Below are positions 1 through 8,742 of a stretch of 42,694 nt of DNA, piece after piece. The stretch is from IMG/VR virus record IMGVR_UViG_2690316224_000012, positions 1-42,694 of that record. One strand, 5' to 3'. A program made the position numbers and the translations under genes. Each line of letters begins with the position of its first letter. Within the stretch, counting starts at the first letter, position 1. Source of the DNA: a virus (lineage: Duplodnaviria; Heunggongvirae; Uroviricota; Caudoviricetes). Below the pieces are notes generated by a model. It saw nothing but the letters and a program-made list of their open reading frames with translations, was not told the origin of the DNA and did no database searches.

Positions 1-1248
1 ATGGCACTGAATATTCCATTCAGAAATGCGTACTATCGTTTTGCATCCAGTTACTCATTTCTCTTTTTTATTTCCTGGTCGCTGTGGTGGTCGTTATACG
101 CTATTTGGCTGAAAGGACATCTAGGGTTGACAGGGACGGAATTAGGTACACTTTATTCGGTCAACCAGTTTACCAGCATTCTATTTATGATGTTCTACGG
201 CATCGTTCAGGATAAACTCGGTCTGAAGAAACCGCTCATCTGGTGTATGAGTTTCATCCTGGTCTTGACCGGACCGTTTATGATTTACGTTTATGAACCG
301 TTACTGCAAAGCAATTTTTCTGTAGGTCTAATTCTGGGGGCGCTATTTTTTGGCTTGGGGTATCTGGCGGGATGCGGTTTGCTTGATAGCTTCACCGAAA
401 AAATGGCGCGAAATTTTCATTTCGAATATGGAACAGCGCGCGCCTGGGGATCTTTTGGCTATGCTATTGGCGCGTTCTTTGCCGGCATATTTTTTAGTAT
501 CAGTCCCCATATCAACTTCTGGTTGGTCTCGCTATTTGGCGCTGTATTTATGATGATCAACATGCGTTTTAAAGATAAGGATCACCAGTGCGTAGCGGCA
601 GATGCGGGAGGGGTAAAAAAAGAGGATTTTATCGCAGTTTTCAAGGATCGAAACTTCTGGGTTTTCGTCATATTTATTGTGGGGACGTGGTCTTTCTATA
701 ACATTTTTGATCAACAACTTTTTCCTGTCTTTTATGCAGGTTTATTCGAATCACACGATGTAGGAACGCGCCTGTATGGTTATCTCAACTCATTCCAGGT
801 GGTACTCGAAGCGCTGTGCATGGCGATTATTCCTTTCTTTGTGAATCGGGTAGGGCCAAAAAATGCATTACTTATCGGAGTTGTGATTATGGCGTTGCGT
901 ATCCTTTCCTGCGCGCTGTTCGTTAACCCCTGGATTATTTCATTAGTGAAGTTGTTACATGCCATTGAGGTTCCACTTTGTGTCATATCCGTCTTCAAAT
1001 ACAGCGTGGCAAACTTTGATAAGCGCTTGTCGTCGACGATCTTTCTGATTGGTTTTCAAATTGCCAGTTCGCTTGGGATTGTGCTGCTTTCAACGCCGAC
1101 TGGGATACTCTTTGACCACGCAGGCTACCAGACAGTTTTCTTCGCAATTTCGGGTATTGTCTGCCTGATGTTGCTATTTGGCATTTTCTTCTTGAGTAAA
1201 AAACGCGAGCAAATAGTTATGGAAACGCCTGTACCTTCAGCAATATAG
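1..1248 (+). CDS. cscB: Sucrose:H+ symporter (LacY/oligosaccharide-H+ symporter family MFS permease), CscB-like
   Basis: 415-aa polytopic membrane protein; N-terminus MALNIPFRNAYYRFASSYSFLFF recalled as CscB; position next to argW is consistent with the known csc locus location. Recalled, not searched. Confidence 0.8.
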   Translation: MALNIPFRNAYYRFASSYSFLFFISWSLWWSLYAIWLKGHLGLTGTELGTLYSVNQFTSILFMMFYGIVQDKLGLKKPLIWCMSFILVLTGPFMIYVYEPLLQSNFSVGLILGALFFGLGYLAGCGLLDSFTEKMARNFHFEYGTARAWGSFGYAIGAFFAGIFFSISPHINFWLVSLFGAVFMMINMRFKDKDHQCVAADAGGVKKEDFIAVFKDRNFWVFVIFIVGTWSFYNIFDQQLFPVFYAGLFESHDVGTRLYGYLNSFQVVLEALCMAIIPFFVNRVGPKNALLIGVVIMALRILSCALFVNPWIISLVKLLHAIEVPLCVISVFKYSVANFDKRLSSTIFLIGFQIASSLGIVLLSTPTGILFDHAGYQTVFFAISGIVCLMLLFGIFFLSKKREQIVMETPVPSAI

Positions 1249-1689
1249 ACGTAAACTTTTTCCGGTTGTTGTCGATAGCTCTATATCCCTCAACCGGAAA
1301 ATAATAATAGTAAAATGCTTAGCCCTGCTAATAATCGCCTAATCCAAACGCCTCATTCATGTTCTGGTACAGTCGCTCAAATGTACTTCAGATGCGCGGT
1401 TCGCTGATTTCCAGGACATTGTCGTCATTCAGTGACCTGTCCCGTGTATCACGGTCCTGCGAATTCATCAAGGAATGCATTGCGGAGTGAAGTATCGAGT
1501 CACGCCATATTTCGCTATCAGGATTCTGTGTGATGGTTACATCGCCCGGCTCAGGGCTGTTTAGTCATCAGCGCTTTCTGACAGTGCTGAGATTTCAACC
1601 TGTTGCAGTAAAAATGAGTAGATATAAGGCAAGTGTGCTGCCAAACCCATCTTTTACGGGGTGAAGGTAGATTTCGTTTGAAGGGTATC

Positions 1690-1704
1690 TGGTGTCCCCT
1701 GCAG
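1690..1704. repeat. attL core (direct repeat of argW 3' end), TGGTGTCCCCTGCAG
   Basis: Exact 15-bp copy of the tRNA 3' terminus at 41612..41626; flanking sequence diverges immediately. Confidence 0.7.
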
Positions 1705-1777
1705 ACATCTACTTGACGAGGCAGGGGATTGATTGGAATGGTGTTTTTTAGATATGAGAAATATTTTACCCGCTATT

Positions 1778-1978
1778 TTACCCATTGGCGCGGCTTAAGA
1801 GCTTATTTTTGAATTCACAATGGTCACGATATAACCATCTTGCTCGCCCGTGGATAACTTTGGCTTTAGGCAGGTCCCCGGACTTAATCCGGTCATAGAT
1901 GAAGGTTTTACCGAAGCCAGTATCGGCCATGATGAATTTCAAATCAACCAGTGAATCAGGCTGTAGTTCGTGTTGCAT
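1778..1978 (-). CDS. torI: Excisionase / recombination directionality factor, TorI (AlpA-family) -like
   Basis: 66-aa ORF at the prophage end opposite the IntS-like integrase; size, position and recalled KplE1 synteny match TorI. Two ATTTTACCC repeats overlap its 3' end. Confidence 0.7.
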   Translation of the reverse strand: MQHELQPDSLVDLKFIMADTGFGKTFIYDRIKSGDLPKAKVIHGRARWLYRDHCEFKNKLLSRANG

Positions 1979-2023
1979 GAGTGCTATCTCCGAATAGGGA
2001 ATCGAACCTGCAAATCAGGCAAT

Positions 2024-2044
2024 AAAAAAACCGCATTGATGCGG
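2024..2044 (-). terminator. Putative intrinsic terminator (minus strand) between early-left genes and torI
   Basis: Hairpin CCGCA-TTGA-TGCGG (2031..2044) preceded on the plus strand by A7, giving a U-run on the minus-strand transcript. Confidence 0.45.
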
Positions 2045-2103
2045 CAATGGCAGGTCTGGATATCTTGAGAAATGAACAGGCCTCATCGAGTGTGAGGCTG
2101 TGG

Positions 2104-2448
2104 TTAGTCCTTGCGTAACTCGCTAATTCTTCTGTAAGTCTCTGGTGCTTTGTTTCCGTGTATCTTCATTTCAGACTTCAACAGAGCAACGAGGGAATCC
2201 CATTCGTTGAGGATGCCTTTGAATGCCGGAACGCGCTTTGCAACCTTGTCGAATGAATCTCTGATTTCTGGGATCTGCTCAACAAGTGCAACGCATCGTC
2301 GGAAATCGGCTGCGTCATGTGGAGCGCCGAAGTGATGACCATAGATATTCTTTTTCAGTCCACATGCGATTGAGGCAAGAGTTGCGCTACTGATGCCGAC
2401 ATCGCCAGTCGATTGCCATTTCAAAACCTTCATAGCCAAATCTGACAT
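2104..2448 (-). CDS. Hypothetical early-left protein (114 aa)
   Basis: Track ORF 2104..2475; start moved to the internal ATG at 2448 (MSDLAMKV...), which has a GGAGA Shine-Dalgarno 6 nt upstream. Confidence 0.55.
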   Translation of the reverse strand: MSDLAMKVLKWQSTGDVGISSATLASIACGLKKNIYGHHFGAPHDAADFRRCVALVEQIPEIRDSFDKVAKRVPAFKGILNEWDSLVALLKSEMKIHGNKAPETYRRISELRKD

Positions 2449-2460
2449 TTCTTGTCTCCA

Positions 2461-2483
2461 ATAAAAAACCGCCATCAGGCGGC
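2461..2483 (-). terminator. Putative attenuator/terminator hairpin between two small genes
   Basis: Minus-sense GCCGCC-TGAT-GGCGGT followed by TTTTTTATT; the upstream gene's stop codon lies in the loop. Confidence 0.35.
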
Positions 2484-2642
2484 TTGGTGTTCTTTCAGTT
2501 CTTCAATTCGAATATTGGTTACGTCTGCATGTGCTATCTGCGCCCATATCATCCAGTGGTTATAGCAGTCGTTGATGTCCTCTGCTTCGATAACCCTGTC
2601 GAATGGCTCTCCATTCCATTCACCTGTGACTCGGAAGTGCAT
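2475..2642 (-). CDS. Hypothetical small protein (55 aa)
   Basis: Below the track threshold; ATG at 2642 with GGAGA 6 nt upstream; translates MHFRVTGEWNGEPFDRVIEAEDINDCYNHWMIWAQIAHADVTNIRIEELKEHQAA; stop overlaps the downstream track start (TGATG). Confidence 0.4.
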   Translation of the reverse strand: MHFRVTGEWNGEPFDRVIEAEDINDCYNHWMIWAQIAHADVTNIRIEELKEHQAA

Positions 2643-2800
2643 TTATCATCTCCATAAAACAAAACCCGCCGTAGCGAGTTCAGATAAAAGAAATCCCCGC
2701 GAGTGCGAGGATTGTTATTGTCTTTTCTTCGTGCATTTGTCGCACTTTCGGCACCATCCAGATAGGCACATCCGTCCGCAATTAACACATATAGGCCACA

Positions 2801-3082
2801 TCATTTTTCCTCTTTTGGTTTATGAATCTGAATGGTCATGCCGCTTTGAGTGGTGACTACAATGACAGAACCAGGCTGAAGACTGTTAAGATTGAATGCT
2901 TCGTAAAACGAATCCAAGGCCAGCGTTTTTTTATTCTTTCGGTTCCACCAACGCCATCCCTTGCTACAGGCTACACTGACAATCCACTGCCCACTCCTGT
3001 AAGCCATATAAAACCAGATGAGCAAAACCTGAAGGAATGCTATCCAGTCAATAATCGTATATTTCGCGAAGGAGTCCATCAC
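2801..3082 (-). CDS. Hypothetical protein (93 aa, hydrophobic N-terminal half)
   Basis: ORF whose start overlaps the upstream gene's stop by 4 bp; same orientation as the early-left operon. Confidence 0.5.
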   Translation of the reverse strand: MMDSFAKYTIIDWIAFLQVLLIWFYMAYRSGQWIVSVACSKGWRWWNRKNKKTLALDSFYEAFNLNSLQPGSVIVVTTQSGMTIQIHKPKEEK

Positions 3083-4263
3083 TTCACCTCCTGCTGCGGT
3101 GCTGCTGGCATTTCACGCCAGTGCGTAACTGAGTGCGGATCCGGATATTCAGTGCCATCATCCCAGCGATTGCCATTCCACATTGCAGACCACATCTCAC
3201 CGTCTTCATACATGACCATTACCGGAATTAACTTATCCGGCATTCGCTCACTACAGCTTATCCAACCATCCGGAGTTACCGGAGTTGGTCCATCGAATTC
3301 GGGCATGTCAGGACCTTTTCTGATAGCTTTAGCCAGCTCCAGCGGGTCATCGTAAAGCCAGTCGCCAGTTTGTGGGTGATTTGCTTCTGCAAGCTGCGCA
3401 GCCCATTCAAGACCATCTTTTTGACCTTGGAGATAATCAAGCGGCAACTCTTCATGATTACTTGCAGGTTCGGCACTATGAAGCATGGCAGCGTGGCAGG
3501 CATCCTCAACGTTCTTCACTGCATCTGCGCAGTAGTTATAGCGATTGCATTCCACTAACTTCTGCTTGAGATTTTCAATTGCTTGCGCGACATCAGCCTG
3601 TATTGGCGGAACGGCTGTTTGCTCTCGAACGTCATTAGGCGCTATAGGTTCTGCTGCCAACTGACTGGCATATTTGTTAATGGTAACGATAAGCTCTTGC
3701 TCAGCCTCATCCAGACAATCACCGATACCTCGCCTGTCACCGTCAAAATCATCGAAATCGGCACGAATCTTGGCAACCTTCAGGATTGCGGACAACACTT
3801 CACTAGGAATTACCGGATAGTTGGTTGACGTTTCCGCGATTTCCCGAAAATTATTGGTTGACGAATTCTTATTTTCCCGAAAGTTTCCGGACTGAAGCAT
3901 GGCGGCGCGGCAGGCGTTCCAGCCTCTCACCTCTGCAATAGCGGCAACAGCATCAACCGCGTACATGCTAAGAGGATTAGGCATTGGTTTTTCTTCCGGT
4001 ACTACTGGAACGGGGGGAGCGGCGTAGACCTCAATAATTCCATTATCAATAGGCCATTCTCCATCCTTGAGGTAGTCACTTGTGCCGTCAACTTGCTGTT
4101 CTGCAATGTGGAATGCACCTATTGGTTTTGCTTCCAGCGATGCCAGAGCAATCCGTGCCAGTTCTTCCGCTTCTTCTGCTGGCAGTACAACGTTGCTACC
4201 CGGTCCGTATGTTTCGCGCCACTGCTTGATTGTCAGCAGTCGCTCTTTGGTTATAGTGGTCAT
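3079..4263 (-). CDS. Phage protein with C-terminal DUF551-like domain
   Basis: 394-aa ORF; Trp-rich C-terminal segment (MWSAMWNGNRWDDG...HWREMP) resembles the DUF551 domain common in enterobacterial prophage early regions. Confidence 0.65.
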   Translation of the reverse strand: MTTITKERLLTIKQWRETYGPGSNVVLPAEEAEELARIALASLEAKPIGAFHIAEQQVDGTSDYLKDGEWPIDNGIIEVYAAPPVPVVPEEKPMPNPLSMYAVDAVAAIAEVRGWNACRAAMLQSGNFRENKNSSTNNFREIAETSTNYPVIPSEVLSAILKVAKIRADFDDFDGDRRGIGDCLDEAEQELIVTINKYASQLAAEPIAPNDVREQTAVPPIQADVAQAIENLKQKLVECNRYNYCADAVKNVEDACHAAMLHSAEPASNHEELPLDYLQGQKDGLEWAAQLAEANHPQTGDWLYDDPLELAKAIRKGPDMPEFDGPTPVTPDGWISCSERMPDKLIPVMVMYEDGEMWSAMWNGNRWDDGTEYPDPHSVTHWREMPAAPQQEVK

Positions 4264-4273
4264 TTGTTATGCC

Positions 4274-4471
4274 TCAATACACGAAATCTGTTTTAAATTC
4301 ATGGTTACATTCTGGACAGCATGTTTCGTAACCTTTTATTTCTTCACATGCCTGTTTAGCTCCAGAAAACTCCCAGAAATCTGGATCACAAAGCAGATCG
4401 AAATTGTGACCACATTTGGGACATTCGGTATCAAGTGACAGACTCCAGTAGGCAGTGATGTTTTTATCCAT
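4274..4471 (-). CDS. Small zinc-ribbon-like protein (CxxC...CxxC)
   Basis: Track ORF begins with TTG at 4504; internal ATG at 4471 has AAGGAG upstream and abuts the upstream stop; two CPxC pairs. Confidence 0.5.
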   Translation of the reverse strand: MDKNITAYWSLSLDTECPKCGHNFDLLCDPDFWEFSGAKQACEEIKGYETCCPECNHEFKTDFVY

Positions 4472-4472
4472 A

Positions 4473-5024
4473 TCACTCTCCTTTGATGCGAATGCCTGTT
4501 GCAATGCTGTTTATGATGCTGTCAGTGCATGGGGTAGAAAGCTGGGCATCTCCAGCAATTTTCATGACCTCAACATCTGCATATCGAATACCGAGGTGTA
4601 TCAGACCGGCTATGCCTGACTTAAGCCGAGCATTTTCCATAAATAGAACTTTTGCCCGCTGTTTTTCTGCTTCAAGCTCAACGCGCAGCTTCCCAACCGT
4701 AAGCGCAATTTCCTCGTTCTCCTGGTCGCGGCGTTTGATGTATTGCTGGTTTCTTTCCCGTTCATCCAGTAATGCCAGCACGGTAGCTGGATTGGCTGCG
4801 GAGATGAATTCAGCATTGGCCTGCTGTTCCATTTGGAAATCTTCATCGAAACCGCTTTCAGGATGCGCTCCTTCAATTCTGCAAATGGGAAGATATCCAA
4901 CAACTTCACGATGAATTAGCGCATCACCAGCATCAAATCTCTCCTCTCCATATTCGAGCGACCACACACCACACGTTGCTTTCTCTGCCTTTTCACGCAG
5001 TGCCTGATAGTCAATCTCGCTCAC
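4473..5024 (-). CDS. Ead/Ea22-like family protein
   Basis: N-terminus [17 protein letters not shown] and coiled-coil centre typical of Ea22-like proteins of lambdoid early-left regions. Confidence 0.65.
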   Translation of the reverse strand: MSEIDYQALREKAEKATCGVWSLEYGEERFDAGDALIHREVVGYLPICRIEGAHPESGFDEDFQMEQQANAEFISAANPATVLALLDERERNQQYIKRRDQENEEIALTVGKLRVELEAEKQRAKVLFMENARLKSGIAGLIHLGIRYADVEVMKIAGDAQLSTPCTDSIINSIATGIRIKGE

Positions 5025-5482
5025 TGGCTGCCTCCTTTACGAAGCTGTTCAGCAATACTTACGCATATCTCTGCGCCTCTAATCAGCCCCGGAACGTTCT
5101 TGTTTGGCCCAACTTCACCATCAACAAAATCAATCATCGCGTTACGAGCCATATCCACGCCCTGCGCCCGCACTTCAGCCAGGAAGGCGTCGGTGGCTGG
5201 GGTTCCCTCTACCACTAACCCTACTGGAGCTAGATATTCTTTCATCCCCGCATTCTCCACAGCCAGCGCCGCGCACTTGTCCTCAAGGTTATCAATCGTG
5301 ATTCCAGCAGAACGACACTCCCGCAACGCAGTTTCCAGTTTTGATTCAAGTTCACCGAACTTACGGACAAGATATTCAGCGTTTGTTTCGTTAACCTTTA
5401 AATCTCGTGGGATGCATTTACCTTTCAGAAAACCATCCATCTCAATTAGTGACATTTGTTTCATTTCTTCCCACTCCGCCAC
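5021..5482 (-). CDS. Hypothetical early-left protein (153 aa)
   Basis: ORF translationally coupled (4-bp overlap) to the downstream Ea22-like gene. Confidence 0.55.
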   Translation of the reverse strand: MAEWEEMKQMSLIEMDGFLKGKCIPRDLKVNETNAEYLVRKFGELESKLETALRECRSAGITIDNLEDKCAALAVENAGMKEYLAPVGLVVEGTPATDAFLAEVRAQGVDMARNAMIDFVDGEVGPNKNVPGLIRGAEICVSIAEQLRKGGSQ

Positions 5483-5621
5483 ATTGCATTCAGATATTTG
5501 TTTTGATTCACTGATGGAAAAGAATTTCTCTTAAGCAATTCCTCTCTCGATGGCATTGGCTTTACGCGTTGGCGAATAATCATTTCTGCCGGAAGAATGC
5601 CGAGATTGTATGCAAGTCCTC

Positions 5622-5903
5622 TCATGATTTACTCTCCACGAACTGGTCAATAGCCATGCTAAGTGATACACCTAAAGTCTCGATATGCTGCTGAATATCC
5701 TGTAGCGTCTGCGCCTGAGATAACAGGATTTCACGGTTGCATAACTCTTTGACCAGATGCTCAAACTTGCTGTAATAACCGATACGGCTTAGTGTTTCTT
5801 TCCCTGCATTCTCGCCTTCTTTGATAATTCCTCTTTCACTAAGAATCAGGTCGTGTTTTGTTCCGGTAATAACGTATTTTCCGAGGTCGATGTTTAGCTT
5901 CAT
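5622..5903 (-). CDS. Hypothetical protein (93 aa)
   Basis: ORF in the minus-strand early operon; no recognisable motif. Confidence 0.5.
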   Translation of the reverse strand: MKLNIDLGKYVITGTKHDLILSERGIIKEGENAGKETLSRIGYYSKFEHLVKELCNREILLSQAQTLQDIQQHIETLGVSLSMAIDQFVESKS

Positions 5904-5919
5904 TGTTAATTATTCCATG

Positions 5920-6234
5920 TTAATTTATTCGTATACCTGCTCTTTCTTCATCGAGTTTTTTTAGCTTGTATCGCATAGCTCTTACTGAATAAATTGAGCG
6001 GCAGGTTGCAATTGCTATTTCTTCTGCGGAGAACTTACCGAAAAGTGATACTTCGGCTCTTGTCCAGCGTCTTCCACGAAGTCGGCTAACAATGTCAGCG
6101 CCAATCCTTGTTGCTTTCGCCATTACTGCTTTTTCAGTCCTTTCCAGTTTTTCAGCGATAACTTCAACTGGCATTGTCGCCGCTACTTCGCGCAAGAAAT
6201 CGACTTCCCATTTCTCCCATGGAGTCTTTTTCAT
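5920..6234 (-). CDS. Hypothetical protein with internal two-fold repeat (104 aa)
   Basis: Two similar ~35-aa segments (WEKWEVDFLREVA... and WTRAEVSLFGKFS...); possible DNA-binding repeats. Confidence 0.5.
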   Translation of the reverse strand: MKKTPWEKWEVDFLREVAATMPVEVIAEKLERTEKAVMAKATRIGADIVSRLRGRRWTRAEVSLFGKFSAEEIAIATCRSIYSVRAMRYKLKKLDEERAGIRIN

Positions 6235-6245
6235 AGGCGATACCG

Positions 6246-6734
6246 TTATTTGATAAGAAGTGAAGGTTTCCCAACCTTGAGTTGAGCGCCGGGGATATTT
6301 ATTCCTGCTTTTAGTTGGTGCTTGATTGCCAACTTGTCGGCTTTAATTGTCGTTTCAAACTCAACGTATTCAGGAGGAAGGGCGCTTGAGTCGATGATTT
6401 CTACAGTTTCTGACGGTTTGCGGATTGTTACCTGGTGAATACCTGCTCGAATATTTTTCTTGCCAACCATTTCAAGCGATGACGCTATATATGATTTGAT
6501 GCTGTCAATCTTATTTTGAATTACTGCGGCTCGCTCATTCAGTGACTTTGCCTCTTCCTTGAGGCGTTCAGCATAACCAGATTCATTTTTAATGACGGAA
6601 AGAAGTTGCTCTATTTTATCGGTAAATTCTCCTTCCATGCCTTCTATTGTGTCAGCAATCATCTCTGGTTCTAAATCTGAATCCATCAATTTTGCGTATT
6701 CATTGGCTATTTCATACAGTTTGCTCACTGGCAA
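6246..6734 (-). CDS. Gp157 / Mu Gam-like protein (putative host-nuclease inhibitor)
   Basis: 162 aa with coiled-coil N-terminus and beta-rich C-terminus, immediately downstream of RecT; family assignment from memory. Confidence 0.5.
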   Translation of the reverse strand: MPVSKLYEIANEYAKLMDSDLEPEMIADTIEGMEGEFTDKIEQLLSVIKNESGYAERLKEEAKSLNERAAVIQNKIDSIKSYIASSLEMVGKKNIRAGIHQVTIRKPSETVEIIDSSALPPEYVEFETTIKADKLAIKHQLKAGINIPGAQLKVGKPSLLIK

Positions 6735-7623
6735 CCTCCAGTTTCGCTTTGCATTCTATGTAAATGGCTTGTACGTTCTGCTGCAATTTCATTCCAGATG
6801 TCAGGCGATATGCTTCTGCAAAATATCGCTTCAAATCATCCATGTTTTCTGCCTGAGCCATTTCATCACAAAGAAGTTGTGCTTTATCCATTATTTCCTG
6901 CTGGCGTTTCCGTTCATCTTCGCGGATATCTTCCTCTGATTTGTGCGGCATAACTGGTTCAGTCCACACACCTTCTTCTTCGTTTAGTACGTGAATAGCA
7001 CTATCAAGACGTGATGCCTTAGGCCAATACTTGCTTGCACGCTTTACGACCGTCTTTCGCGCCATCTCATTCCAGTGATTTACCCATGGTCCTTTATCGC
7101 TGAATGCTGCCTTGCTTGTTTTCCTTACAGCCTCAATTTCAGCCAGACTCATCTCTTCCGTTAGATAATCACCTGCTGGCGTCTTAACTGTGCAGTAAAC
7201 GCCAACGATATCACCACGATCACCGAAGGCGTTGTATTTATGGGTTGGTGCTTTATCAAGCCCGTTTGACTCATAGGTATCGTTAGCATGAACAAGTTTT
7301 GCCTGACCCCATGAGATAACACCAGACTCCATTGCAATATGGAGCAATCCCATATAACTGATATCAAGGCACACCATGCCGTCGCGCGGAACCAGATAAG
7401 CCAGTTTGCTTGCAGGGTTTAAGGTGATGCCGATCGCCGCAACGTTGATGATAGCGTTCTGTGCGCTGGTTGGATTTGCCAGTGCCGTTTTAGCCAGGTA
7501 ATCATTTTTCTGGAAATACTGAATTGCAAACTGGCTTTCCTTAGCCCATGTCACCGTCTGTTCAGTCAATGCTCCGCAGAATAACTGCTCTTGCTGTTTA
7601 ACGAATTCAACGATATTGCTCAT
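6712..7623 (-). CDS. recT: RecT-family single-strand annealing recombinase
   Basis: Segment GPWVNHWNEMARKTVVKRASKYWP matches the conserved RecT motif (Rac RecT GPWVTHWEEMAKKTAIRRLFKYLP). Confidence 0.85.
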   Translation of the reverse strand: MSNIVEFVKQQEQLFCGALTEQTVTWAKESQFAIQYFQKNDYLAKTALANPTSAQNAIINVAAIGITLNPASKLAYLVPRDGMVCLDISYMGLLHIAMESGVISWGQAKLVHANDTYESNGLDKAPTHKYNAFGDRGDIVGVYCTVKTPAGDYLTEEMSLAEIEAVRKTSKAAFSDKGPWVNHWNEMARKTVVKRASKYWPKASRLDSAIHVLNEEEGVWTEPVMPHKSEEDIREDERKRQQEIMDKAQLLCDEMAQAENMDDLKRYFAEAYRLTSGMKLQQNVQAIYIECKAKLEVASEQTV

Positions 7624-7931
7624 GCTGCTTCTCCAAAAATGTGTCTGCGTTTGAATATTGCGAAGGCATATTCAGCCTTAACTCTTTCGGTTATTGCATC
7701 CCAGAACCATTCAGCGGCTTTTTCCTGATAGTTACAGTCATCATCTTCCAGCCAGTCGATAGCGTCCTTAGTGTGTTCATCTGGTTTATATGAGCGAAGC
7801 ATTTCGCTTATTGGGTCGCAACGTTTGCAGAGGCGATCAACTTCACTGTTGATTCGTTCGTAATCTTCATCAGTAAAACTTGCGATTATTTGCGATATTT
7901 CACGCTTATCATTCAGAGTCAGAATCATCAT
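7620..7931 (-). CDS. Hypothetical protein (103 aa)
   Basis: ORF with GGAGA SD upstream; its stop overlaps the recT start. Confidence 0.5.
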   Translation of the reverse strand: MMILTLNDKREISQIIASFTDEDYERINSEVDRLCKRCDPISEMLRSYKPDEHTKDAIDWLEDDDCNYQEKAAEWFWDAITERVKAEYAFAIFKRRHIFGEAA

Positions 7932-8012
7932 CTTTCTCCTGTTCTTTGTGCTGATTGAGCATTTTGTTCATCTGACGAATGAATTCTTCGTCTGACCATG
8001 TATCCGCAATGC

Positions 8013-8177
8013 TCATTGCTTAACGACCTTAATCAGTTGAGTTACCTCAATGATGTCCTCGCATAAATCCGAGTACTGAAATGGGCCGCAGTTGTGAGAG
8101 TTAGTGCGTCTGGCGAAAGCCATTCTTCTAAGCTCTTTCAGGGCTTCTTCCAGTTCCTCGTAAGTTGGTTTTTTCAT
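8013..8177 (-). CDS. Hypothetical small protein (54 aa)
   Basis: Sub-threshold ORF MKKPTYEELEEALKELRRMAFARRTNSHNCGPFQYSDLCEDIIEVTQLIKVVKQ; its ATG overlaps the stop of the cIII-like gene (ATGA). Confidence 0.35.
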   Translation of the reverse strand: MKKPTYEELEEALKELRRMAFARRTNSHNCGPFQYSDLCEDIIEVTQLIKVVKQ

Positions 8178-8344
8178 GGCTGTACCTTTTGATTCAGAAA
8201 CTCAACAAGACGGTCCAGCAAGCTCTTAACGCGAGGTTGTTTAAAGTCTGCTCCGGTTAAAATATTTTTTCGTGAATGCTGCACCGATAAAATTGGGTTG
8301 AAAGGGCGAACCGATGCCGCCCCTGCAATAGCGAACTGTTGCAT
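8174..8344 (-). CDS. CIII-like protein (putative FtsH inhibitor)
   Basis: Only the last 56 codons of the track ORF look coding: ATG at 8344 with AAGGAG 6 nt upstream; MQQFAIAG... resembles lambda CIII MQYAIAG...; correct map position. Confidence 0.5.
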   Translation of the reverse strand: MQQFAIAGAASVRPFNPILSVQHSRKNILTGADFKQPRVKSLLDRLVEFLNQKVQP

Positions 8345-8529
8345 AGGATGCTCCTTCTGTTTGATTGCATAACGAAAACGCCTCGAGTGAAGCGTTATTG
8401 GTATGCATATAAAAAGGCCCTCACACTGGAGGGCAAAGAAGATTTCCAATAATCAGAACAAGTCGGCTCCTGTTTAGTTACGAGCGACATTGCTCCGTGT
8501 ATTCACTCGTTGGAATGAATACACAGTGC

Positions 8530-8742
8530 TTATTCGCGAGCTTTGAGCATTTCATCAGCAATAAAGTAGGCATCATCTGCTAATTCTTTGTACTGTGGTG
8601 AATTCTGTCCACCACCAAAGGAATGTCCGTCCCATCTGCGCACTATTGCTGCCATAGCCTTAGCAGCGAAGTAATCACGTAATGTCGCATCACTTGCCAT
8701 TTCTGGGCGTTTGATATCTGCTTCATAAAACTCGCACATCAT
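8530..8742 (-). CDS. Hypothetical protein (70 aa)
   Basis: ORF in the early-left operon, overlapping the upstream stop. Confidence 0.5.
   Translation of the reverse strand: MMCEFYEADIKRPEMASDATLRDYFAAKAMAAIVRRWDGHSFGGGQNSPQYKELADDAYFIADEMLKARE

Noticed and set aside
1258-1301. Inverted repeat TTTCCGGTTG...CAACCGGAAA after cscB as an intrinsic terminator
   Set aside because: Loop of about 22 nt and no U-run on either strand.
2549-2856. Track ORFs 2549..2788 (-) and 2572..2856 (+)
   Set aside because: Low-complexity translations in an intergenic spacer of the minus-strand operon; no SD; the plus-strand ORF is antisense to the early operon.
8174-8449. Full-length 91-aa track ORF on the minus strand
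   Set aside because: The N-terminal 35 codons are Cys/Phe-rich with no SD; only the 3' 56 codons, with a strong AAGGAG SD and a CIII-like N-terminus, look like a gene.
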